Positions 25,005 through 32,833 of a stretch of DNA of 64,000 nt are shown here, one piece after another. The notes below the pieces were generated by a model. That model had not been told where the DNA came from and did no database searches. It saw only the letters and a list, made by a program, of their open reading frames with translations. Position 1 is the first letter of the stretch, and every line of letters begins with the position of its first letter. This DNA comes from Candidatus Omnitrophota bacterium (GTDB taxonomy: Bacteria; Omnitrophota; Omnitrophia; Omnitrophales; Aquincolibacteriaceae), in assembly GCA_043808175.1 (NCBI GenBank), contig JAZDFE010000004.1, forward strand, positions 21 to 64,020, in the 5' to 3' direction. A program made the position numbers and the translations under genes.

Positions 25005-26352
25005 TTTTCAGGATCTCCGAATGAACTTTGAATTTTTTTAGTTGCGCTTGCGTCACTGGCCCGATAGCCCAAACCTTGATACGCGCCGGGATGTCCTGAT
25101 GGATTTTCAAGAAATTCCTTATCGTGGACGGACTTGTAAAAACGATCTCATCGATCCGCCCCAGGTCCTGTTTCTTTATTTTGGGACAGATATTGCGGTA
25201 AACGGTCACGGGCTCCACAAGGGCCCCTCGCTTCCGCAATTCGTCCACCAACAGGTCCCTTGCCAGATCCGATCGCGGGATCAGAAAATGTTTCCCTTGG
25301 ACCGGGAAATTGCCAAGGAGCTTCGCCATACTTTCGGCAGTTTCCTCTTCGGGCATACACGTGGCACCCAAACCGAAGCTCTTCAGCGCTTCTGCCGTGG
25401 TCTTTCCGATCGCGACGATCATTTTGGAGCGAAGCGCTTCAACGCTTTTCATTTTCATTTTGAGCCTGTCCAGAAAATAGAGGACTGCATGTCGCGACGT
25501 AAATAAAAAACCGTCATACTCATCGATCCGGAGGATCGCGGCATCCAGCGCCTTGAAACTCCTGGCCGGTTTTATCTCGATCATCGGAACATGGATGATC
25601 TTGCCCATGGACTCAAACCGCTTAGAACGGGTCCCTGTAACGAGAACCCTCTTCCGACCCGCTTGGCCCGCAACACAGACCGAAGTCTTCTTTCCGTCCA
25701 GTTTTCCGAAAAGAGCCTTAAGTTCTTCATCCCCCGCGCGGACGGCCACGGCCAAAGATCCTTGGAGCGGATGCGGCTTCAGAATATCAAAACCAATTCT
25801 CTCCGTAATCCGGCGCCCAAGTCCCAAACGGATCAACCCGGCTCCGGCGATCACGATGGCATTCAAGTCTTCCGAGAAAAGCTTATCCAATCGTTCGCCC
25901 ATCGTGCCCCGAATATCGACAAGTTTCAGATCCGGACGGTACGCCCTGAGCTGGTTTTTTCTGCGCTCGCTGCTCGTTCCGACCTTCGCCCCTTCCGGAA
26001 GATCCCGCAACTTCAGATGATCTTTTGAGACCAGCACATCATAAGGATCCACCGATCGCGTGGTGGCCGCGATCACGATCCCTTCGGGGACCTGGCCCGC
26101 CAGGTCTTTGGCGCTATGGACGGCAAGGTCGATCTGGTTCGTTAGAAGTGCCTGATCGATCTCACGGGTAAAAAAGTCCGTCCCTTCCATTTCCGAGATT
26201 GGAGTTTTTTTGTCCCTATCACCCACCGTGTCCATGCTGACGATCTCAAATTCCACGCCAGGAGCAACCGTCTTGAGTAATTGAGCGATCTCACGGACCT
26301 GCGCCAAAGCAAGCGGACTGGTCCTTGTGCCAACGCGAAGGATCTTCTTCAT
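24994..26352 (-). CDS. Fusion of hydroxymethylbilane synthase (HemC domains 1-2 only) with uroporphyrinogen-III synthase (HemD)
   Basis: Residues 1 to about 212 match HemC (LRVGTRTSPLALAQ, AVHSAKD, GTSSERR, IRGTMGERL). From about residue 225 the sequence follows the HemD pattern (RVLVTGTR...IEIKP...DGFLFTSRHAV...). The region that normally forms HemC domain 3 is replaced by GKKTSVCVAGQAG. Confidence 0.75.
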   Translation of the reverse strand: MKKILRVGTRTSPLALAQVREIAQLLKTVAPGVEFEIVSMDTVGDRDKKTPISEMEGTDFFTREIDQALLTNQIDLAVHSAKDLAGQVPEGIVIAATTRSVDPYDVLVSKDHLKLRDLPEGAKVGTSSERRKNQLRAYRPDLKLVDIRGTMGERLDKLFSEDLNAIVIAGAGLIRLGLGRRITERIGFDILKPHPLQGSLAVAVRAGDEELKALFGKLDGKKTSVCVAGQAGRKRVLVTGTRSKRFESMGKIIHVPMIEIKPARSFKALDAAILRIDEYDGFLFTSRHAVLYFLDRLKMKMKSVEALRSKMIVAIGKTTAEALKSFGLGATCMPEEETAESMAKLLGNFPVQGKHFLIPRSDLARDLLVDELRKRGALVEPVTVYRNICPKIKKQDLGRIDEIVFTSPSTIRNFLKIHQDIPARIKVWAIGPVTQAQLKKFKVHSEILKNVC

Positions 26353-26354
26353 CT

Positions 26355-27620
26355 TTAATCCTTATCCTTCGGACCAAGATCGAAAAGAGAGTGGAGGGCA
26401 TGCAGGTAACGGGCCACCCCGCCGTTTTGCGAAGCCTCCTTGATCTTTGTAAGAGGTACATGAAGCAGTTTGGCACGGATCCGGTCCCGGAGCTCATCCT
26501 TGCGCTCGTTCGGAATGCCCGTTTTTTTCGCGAACTCCCTCAATTCATCCTCGAGAATCTTGTCCAAATGCCGCTCGAAGGACTCGATGGTGGGCCTCGC
26601 CTCAAGCTGCTGAAGCCAGCTTTGATAGCTCGTCAGGGCTTTCTCCACCATGATCTCGACTTTTTCGATCTCGCGACCACGGTGCTTCAGGTTCCTGTCC
26701 GCCACGCTTTTGAGGTCATCGATATTATAAAGATAGACGTCATCCAGCTGATGGACCGTAGGATCGACATTGCGCGGCACCGCGATATCGATCAGAAAAA
26801 GCGGCCGGTGACGCCGCTCGACCATGAGTTTTTTGACCTGTTCATATTTGACGATCGGATAGGGACAACTGGTCGCGGTGATAAAAATATCCACGGCCCG
26901 GATCTTTTCCTCCCACGTTTCGAACGGAACCCATTCGCTCCCGCATTCGGCGGTCAATTTTTCCGCGCGCTCCTGACTTTGACTGACCACGTAGCGAATC
27001 GTAGCGCCGGCGCTCTTGAGGTTCTTGACTGTCAACGCTGCCATCTCCCCGGTCCCGAGCACCATGACATTCTCGGAAGCAAGATGCCCGAAGATCTTTT
27101 CCGCAAGCTCGACCGCAACGGAAGGAATGCTCACCGCTCCTTCGTTGATAAGCGTCTCCGCTCTGGCTGCCTTTCCAAGTTTTAAGGCCTTTTCCATCAA
27201 ACGGTAAAGGAGTGAGTGAAGACAACCCGCGGCATGAGCCGTCTGGAAAGCTTCACGAAGCTGACCCAGAATCTCATTTTCCCCGATCACAAGCGAATCC
27301 AGTCCCGCCGCAACGCGAAAGAGATGCCGGAGCGCTTCTTTACCCTGATGGCGATAAAGATAATGTTCAAAATCTCTAGGGTCCACGTCATGGATCTCTT
27401 TCATCATTGCGAAGTAGCGGTCTTCCGGGAGGTCTTCGGAATCCGTATGACCGTAGAATTCGACGCGATTACAGGTCGACAAGATCATGAATTCGGAAAA
27501 TGGGTCTGTGGTTTTGGTATACGCAAGACCGTCCTGGAGTTTCCGTGAAGTAAAATGAAGCCTTTCACGCACTTCGACCGGACAATCCTTGTGGTTAATA
27601 CCGATGACAAAAAATCCCAT
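26355..27620 (-). CDS. hemA: Glutamyl-tRNA reductase
   Basis: The catalytic motif ILSTCNRVEFY and the NADPH Rossmann motif VMVLGTGEMA; 421 aa. Confidence 0.9.
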   Translation of the reverse strand: MGFFVIGINHKDCPVEVRERLHFTSRKLQDGLAYTKTTDPFSEFMILSTCNRVEFYGHTDSEDLPEDRYFAMMKEIHDVDPRDFEHYLYRHQGKEALRHLFRVAAGLDSLVIGENEILGQLREAFQTAHAAGCLHSLLYRLMEKALKLGKAARAETLINEGAVSIPSVAVELAEKIFGHLASENVMVLGTGEMAALTVKNLKSAGATIRYVVSQSQERAEKLTAECGSEWVPFETWEEKIRAVDIFITATSCPYPIVKYEQVKKLMVERRHRPLFLIDIAVPRNVDPTVHQLDDVYLYNIDDLKSVADRNLKHRGREIEKVEIMVEKALTSYQSWLQQLEARPTIESFERHLDKILEDELREFAKKTGIPNERKDELRDRIRAKLLHVPLTKIKEASQNGGVARYLHALHSLFDLGPKDKD

Positions 27621-27635
27621 GTTGGGTCCGTTCTT

Positions 27636-28481
27636 TTAGAGAAAGTTATGTTTCCCAAACAGAAAAAACGTTTCGATGAAACCCGTCACAATGACGATGA
27701 AGGCGATAAGACTCAATACCGCTATTTCCTTACCGCGTACGGCCGCGACCCAATGACGGTAGAGGATCAAAAGATAACACCCCAGGACCAGAAATGTCAC
27801 GATCGTCTTAGGATCCAAGAGGAGGAAGGACCCAAAAGCGTGTTTGGCCCAGGCAAGGCCCGTGGCTGTGGCGAAAAGGAGAAGCGGCGCGCCCCAGTTG
27901 AGCGGAAGACAGACCATCCTTTCGAGACGCTCCAGAGAGGGTAATTTGTGGTAGAAGTTGCCTATGTTCCTTTTTTTCAGTTCATGGCATCCGATCAAAT
28001 AGAGAATACTCGCGATGAATGAGATGGCGAAATTCGCATACGCAAAGAAGGCGCTGACCACATGCAGCACAAAAGTGGGATTGAGAAGATAGGGATGGTC
28101 CCGGACCATGGCCTGAATGCCCCGGCCACGCCCGAAAGAAGCAAGCGATCCAGCCATGAGAACACAGAGGAGAAACGCCAGAAAAATGCTGAAAGATTCG
28201 GTGCGTATTTTTCCAAGCAAGACCAGGTAAACAAAAGCCAGGGCCCATGCGAAAAACGCGAGCGCGGCCGATATATTCACCACAGGAAGAAAATAACCCG
28301 ACTGAAAACCCTGGCTCAGGAAATAGAGCGTCCCTAGAAGAAATCCCGCCTGCAACATGACAAAACCCGCGCGTCGCCCCCCTTTCCAGATCTCAGCAAA
28401 GGAAAGAACGTGGAGCAGAAAAGCAACGCCGTAACTCACACAACCGACACCCAGAATCACGAACGCCAGAGACATGAACAA
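27636..28481 (-). CDS. Cytochrome c assembly (CcsA/HemX-like) family membrane protein
   Basis: A polytopic membrane protein with about 8 TM segments, immediately upstream of hemA in the same operon. This resembles the hemA/hemX pairing of Bacillus-type hem operons. The assignment rests on family resemblance and context only. Confidence 0.55.
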   Translation of the reverse strand: MFMSLAFVILGVGCVSYGVAFLLHVLSFAEIWKGGRRAGFVMLQAGFLLGTLYFLSQGFQSGYFLPVVNISAALAFFAWALAFVYLVLLGKIRTESFSIFLAFLLCVLMAGSLASFGRGRGIQAMVRDHPYLLNPTFVLHVVSAFFAYANFAISFIASILYLIGCHELKKRNIGNFYHKLPSLERLERMVCLPLNWGAPLLLFATATGLAWAKHAFGSFLLLDPKTIVTFLVLGCYLLILYRHWVAAVRGKEIAVLSLIAFIVIVTGFIETFFLFGKHNFL

Positions 28482-28559
28482 GCCCTCAACGGAATAGATC
28501 TACTGTCATGGCCACACCTTGAAGATGTAAAGTTTAGCACTACGAATGAGCTGTGGGAA

Positions 28560-29063
28560 TTATTTTGAGGAAGGGAGAAAGATCACTTTGTCCACACCCA
28601 GCGTGGTGGTCATGAAGGTCGTATTCGTAGTAAAGTACTGTCGCACCTGATTGCCGGGAGTGGTCACTAAGTTAATGGCCGGCATGCCAATGGAGGACTC
28701 CACCGAAAGGGTTGTGTCCTGTGCAATCTCCCACCGCTGGTCTCCGATGAAATGATAGCCTTTTTCCGTATAATCTCCCTTAATCCCGAAGGTATCCACA
28801 GATTCTTTGATCTCCTTCCAGGCGGGACAGATCTTTACTGTTGCAAAACCAGTCATGGATGCCCAATCCAGCATCGATTCCACCCCGCCCTTGTAATCAT
28901 GGTCGTAGTAAACGCTTATATTAGGAAGATCCGGCATTGCAATGCCCTCCTCAATGCCGAAATGCCCAATCAAGAAAGAGATCGCGGCTAAGACTTGGGA
29001 AAAACCCTTTCCAGATACCGCCGCAGGTATCATAATATTTCCGGAATTATTTAAAATCGACAT
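28560..29063 (-). CDS. Hypothetical protein (167 aa)
   Basis: A track ORF occupying an otherwise empty interval. No motif recognised. Confidence 0.4.
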   Translation of the reverse strand: MSILNNSGNIMIPAAVSGKGFSQVLAAISFLIGHFGIEEGIAMPDLPNISVYYDHDYKGGVESMLDWASMTGFATVKICPAWKEIKESVDTFGIKGDYTEKGYHFIGDQRWEIAQDTTLSVESSIGMPAINLVTTPGNQVRQYFTTNTTFMTTTLGVDKVIFLPSSK

Positions 29064-29132
29064 TCATGCAGTTGACATCTTTTTTTATTTACGAAGCTTA
29101 TTTCGTTCTTCATACTGGAGGGGAGGGTTTTT

Positions 29133-29438
29133 ATGTCAAAAATATTTGTCGCGATTGACCGCCATAGCCGCTGGATCCTGTTCGTCATCATACTTCTTTT
29201 CATACTCACGGGATTCGGCATGACCAAAAACATCATGGACCCGCGATTGGCGAAACAGCTCCACGGAAATATCCTGCCCATCCCCTTTTACGTCCTTCTC
29301 CTGCTCCATGTTTTCCACCCGCTTCCCGCCAACCTCGTGCGCTGGAAGGCCTTCAAAAGTGAGGCCGTAGCCGCCGTGTATGTCTACTTCCTTGCCGCGA
29401 TCTTTTTGGGGCTTTTCCTATGGCTCCATTTCAGATGA
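29133..29438 (+). CDS. Small membrane protein (101 aa, about 3 TM segments), function unknown
   Basis: A strong SD (GGAGGGGAGG) lies 6-8 nt upstream of the ATG. The protein has hydrophobic segments, and its 3' end overlaps the next gene by 19 nt. Confidence 0.55.
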   Translation: MSKIFVAIDRHSRWILFVIILLFILTGFGMTKNIMDPRLAKQLHGNILPIPFYVLLLLHVFHPLPANLVRWKAFKSEAVAAVYVYFLAAIFLGLFLWLHFR

Positions 29439-30568
29439 ACCCCGGTGATCCATCCCGACGGCTCCTGGCTGTCCTGCTCCTGATAGGTGTTTTGGGATCG
29501 GCCCTTTTTTTCATAGTCGCACGTGAAAAGGCCCGCGGAATGGAAGTGAAGGATGCCGCGACTTCACAGGAGGCGCTCTATTACAAATCCCTGCCCGGCA
29601 ACATGGTGCAATGCTTCCTCTGTCCAAACCGGTGCGTGCTTTCCTCCGGAGAATGGGGCTTTTGCAAAGCGCGCAAAAATATCCGGGGGAAACTTTACTC
29701 GATGGTTTATGGAAAGATATCAACCGTACACGTCGATCCGATCGAGAAAAAACCTTTTTTCCACGTCCTGCCTGGAAGCAACGCCTTTTCCATCGCCACC
29801 ACCGGATGCAACATGCGGTGCCTTTTCTGCCAGAATTGGGAGATCTCTCAGACCTTCCCGAAAGATCTTGAAACGCAACCTGCGACTCCGGAACAAGTCG
29901 TCGCGAACGCCAAAGCAAGCGGCGCAGAGATCATCGCCTTCACCTACAATGAGCCCGTTATTTCTTATGAATACACGCTGGATATCGCAAAACTCGCCAA
30001 AAGCCATGGACTCAAAACCGTGATCGTTTCAAACGGTTATATTGAGAAGGAACCGCTCCGCGAACTTTTAAAATACGTGGATGCCTACAAAGTTGACCTT
30101 AAAGCATTTAATGAAAAATTCTATAAAAAATTCACGGGCGGATATTTAGAACCCATCCTCGAAACCTTAAAGACGATCAAACAAAGCGGCGTGTGGCTTG
30201 AGATCGTGACGCTGCTTGTCCCTGGCGAGAATGACAGCGATGCAGATCTTCACGCGATGACCCGGTGGATCAAGAAAAACTTGGGCGACAGTGTGCCGCT
30301 CCATTTCAGCCGCTATTTTCCGCAGTACAAATTGAAAAACCTTCCGCCTACGTCACCCGAAACCATTGTCCGCGCGCGCCAGATCGCCATGGAAGAAGGC
30401 CTCAAATATGTTTATACCGGGAATATCGCTTATCCGGAAGGCGAAGCTACTTATTGTCCGGGCTCAAAAGAAAAAGCCATTGCGCGACAAGGTTATTTTA
30501 TCATCGCTAATCATTTAAAAAATGGCGCCTGCCTTGACGGAGAAAAGATCCCCGGGATTTGGAGTTGA
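29420..30568 (+). CDS. AmmeMemoRadiSam-system-type radical SAM enzyme (AmrS / PFL-activase-like), with an N-terminal RR-containing hydrophobic extension
   Basis: CFLCPNRCVLSSGEWGFCKARKN plus the radical SAM cluster TTGCNMRCLFCQNWEISQ and the conserved tail HFSRYFPQYKL. The N-terminus DPSRRLLAVLLLIGVLGSALFFIV looks like a Tat/TM segment. An alternative start at the internal MEVKD would remove it. Confidence 0.8.
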   Translation: MAPFQMNPGDPSRRLLAVLLLIGVLGSALFFIVAREKARGMEVKDAATSQEALYYKSLPGNMVQCFLCPNRCVLSSGEWGFCKARKNIRGKLYSMVYGKISTVHVDPIEKKPFFHVLPGSNAFSIATTGCNMRCLFCQNWEISQTFPKDLETQPATPEQVVANAKASGAEIIAFTYNEPVISYEYTLDIAKLAKSHGLKTVIVSNGYIEKEPLRELLKYVDAYKVDLKAFNEKFYKKFTGGYLEPILETLKTIKQSGVWLEIVTLLVPGENDSDADLHAMTRWIKKNLGDSVPLHFSRYFPQYKLKNLPPTSPETIVRARQIAMEEGLKYVYTGNIAYPEGEATYCPGSKEKAIARQGYFIIANHLKNGACLDGEKIPGIWS

Positions 30569-30669
30569 TCTCCCGTCCAAGATCGAATCGAATGTCGCTT
30601 TTTAAAGAGACGGCATTCGTTTTTATGAACAACAGCCGGAACTTTATCGGAGCGTTTTCTCTTCAGATG

Positions 30670-31062
30670 TTACTTGGAAGGGTCCTGCAAAGGCGGGAGA
30701 TTTTTAAGAGATCCCGCGTTCGCCGAAATCAAATGCGGCATGCCGTAGATGTTGAATTCATACGTTTTCCCGAAAATTTGTTGCCGAGTCTCCGCCACGG
30801 ACCCTAACATCCCCAAGCCCACCAGTAAAAGAAGCCCGACCACCCCTAGCGTCATGGAGATCGGCCGTTTTAAAGGATTTCGCTCCTTCCCTCTGTCCAG
30901 AAAAGGTAAAAGGACCAGCAGCAACGGCCCGAGGGAAGTGACAAAAATGCCTATCAGTTTGGGGAAATATTTGATCACTTGGCACATTGGCATAAAATAC
31001 CACTCGGGCTTGATTGCAAAGGGCGTTTGAAGCGGATCCGCCCAACGCTTTACATCAGACAT
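30670..31062 (-). CDS. Orphan cytochrome b C-terminal domain (bc/b6f subunit IV-like) protein, N-terminally short
   Basis: ADPLQTPFAIKPEWYFMPMCQVIKYFPKLIGIF matches the (A)DPxxTPxxIKPEWYF signature. The likely start is M64 of the track ORF (ATG 31062), because the longer ORF overlaps gltA. Confidence 0.55.
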   Translation of the reverse strand: MSDVKRWADPLQTPFAIKPEWYFMPMCQVIKYFPKLIGIFVTSLGPLLLVLLPFLDRGKERNPLKRPISMTLGVVGLLLLVGLGMLGSVAETRQQIFGKTYEFNIYGMPHLISANAGSLKNLPPLQDPSK

Positions 31063-31133
31063 AGACCGATGCCCACAAAGAGAGTCGGTGCGGTAGAAAA
31101 GATCGGCCAGAAACGTCAGAGCCTTCCCGAATG

Positions 31134-32450
31134 TTACGTGCGTTGCTCGATCGGGATGTAGGCTGACTTGGCGGGACCCGTATAGATCTGGCGGGGACGG
31201 CCGATGCGTTGGGGTTTCGTTTCGCGCATTTCTTTCCAGTGTGCGATCCAACCCGGAACCCGGCCGATGGCGAACATCACAGGAAACATGGTCGTGGGGA
31301 TCCCCAGGAAGTTATAGATCAAGCCGCTGTAAAAGTCGACATTGGGATAAAGCTTGCGGCTGATAAAAAAGTCCTCTTTGAGCGCCCTCTCCTCCATCCT
31401 TAGGGCGATCTCAAGAAACTCCTCTTTGCCGCGGAATTTGCTTTTCCCATGGACCAACCGATGAAAGGCTTCTTTTAAAACCTTGGCACGCGGGTCATAG
31501 GTCTTGTAAACGCGGTGCCCAAAACCGGACAAACGCTTCGTGGAACCCGGTTTCATCGCTTCATTGATGTAGTGATCGATCTTCTCGCCAGAGATACGAA
31601 TATCCTCCAGCATTTCCATGACCTCCTGATTAGCGCCACCATGCAAGGGACCCCAGAGTGCGCAAATACCGGCCGCAACCGAAGCGAACAAGTTCGTCCG
31701 GGCGCTCCCGACCAACCGTACGGTCGATGTGCTGCAATTCTGTTCGTGATCGGCATGAAGGATCAGGACCAGCTCAAGGGCCCGGGTCATATCGGGATCG
31801 GGGACATAGTCTTCCCCCGGATATGAGAACATCATGTGCAAAAAGTTCTGGCAATATTTTAGTTTTTGACGGGGGTAAATAAACGGTTCCCCCACGGATT
31901 TCCGGTAGGAATAAGCCGCGATCGTCCTGGCCTTGGAGATCAGCTGGAATGCTGTAGAAGTGATCTCCATTTCATCCTTTTTAGGGTCGAGGGAATACGG
32001 ATAATACCCGGACAGGGCCGATACGACCGAGCACAAAATGGCCATCGGATGCGTTGCGCTCGGAAAAGCGCCGAAAAAATGCTTGATGTCTTCATGCAGC
32101 GGTGCGTTTTCGGTCAAACCGTTGGAAAAAGCGGTAAGCTCTTTACTCGTCGGAAGCTTTCCAAAAATCAGCAGATAAGCTGTTTCAATAAAGGAAGATT
32201 TTTCCGCGAGCTCCTCAATGGGAATACCGCGATACCGCAAGATCCCTTTATCGCCGTCAATGAAAGTGATGCCGCTCGTGCAGGATCCTGTGTTCATGTA
32301 ACCGGGGTCCACGGTGATATGCTCCGTCGTTTCGCGCAACGTTGAGACATCGATCCCGCGTTCGTTCTCGGTCCCCTCATAAATGGGGAGCTCGAGGCGT
32401 TTGTCCCCGATCTTCAGTTCCGCTTTTCCCACGTTTTCATAACGACTCAT
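31134..32450 (-). CDS. gltA: Citrate synthase
   Basis: Full-length citrate synthase pattern (GFGHRVYKTYDPRA, HADHEQNCSTS); 438 aa. Confidence 0.9.
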   Translation of the reverse strand: MSRYENVGKAELKIGDKRLELPIYEGTENERGIDVSTLRETTEHITVDPGYMNTGSCTSGITFIDGDKGILRYRGIPIEELAEKSSFIETAYLLIFGKLPTSKELTAFSNGLTENAPLHEDIKHFFGAFPSATHPMAILCSVVSALSGYYPYSLDPKKDEMEITSTAFQLISKARTIAAYSYRKSVGEPFIYPRQKLKYCQNFLHMMFSYPGEDYVPDPDMTRALELVLILHADHEQNCSTSTVRLVGSARTNLFASVAAGICALWGPLHGGANQEVMEMLEDIRISGEKIDHYINEAMKPGSTKRLSGFGHRVYKTYDPRAKVLKEAFHRLVHGKSKFRGKEEFLEIALRMEERALKEDFFISRKLYPNVDFYSGLIYNFLGIPTTMFPVMFAIGRVPGWIAHWKEMRETKPQRIGRPRQIYTGPAKSAYIPIEQRT

Positions 32451-32833
32451 TTTCCGTTCCTCGCTGTGAATTCAGATTTTTATATGGCCATAAAATCAGC
32501 TGATTTGAACTATTAAAATTCCGATCTACCGAAAACTTAAAGATACCGGCATCCCTTTACCAGGCGTTTTTTACAACTTCCTTACCCTCTTTTCTATAAA
32601 AAACCCGCATGGCCAGGCGATCTTCTTTGTTTCAACTTGTGGCTCCGACATTTGAGAAAATCATCGTTAGTAGAAACTGAGCTTAAAAATAAAATTTTTT
32701 ATAAAAAACCTGAAAGTGTCAAAGAACTTGCAATATCCACATTCTAAGATTTTGGATTATATCATGAGCTTTGGTTGAGTCGAGAGAATTTGCCTCATTC
32801 CCCCATGCAAAAAATGGTTAATAATACGGCGTC

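Noticed and set aside
32451-32833. The 383-bp AT-rich spacer between gltA and the beta-oxidation operon as a hidden small gene or sRNA.
   Set aside because: There is no ORF with an RBS and no strong hairpin or conserved motif. It is most simply the gltA promoter region plus the operon terminator zone, though I could not define either with confidence.
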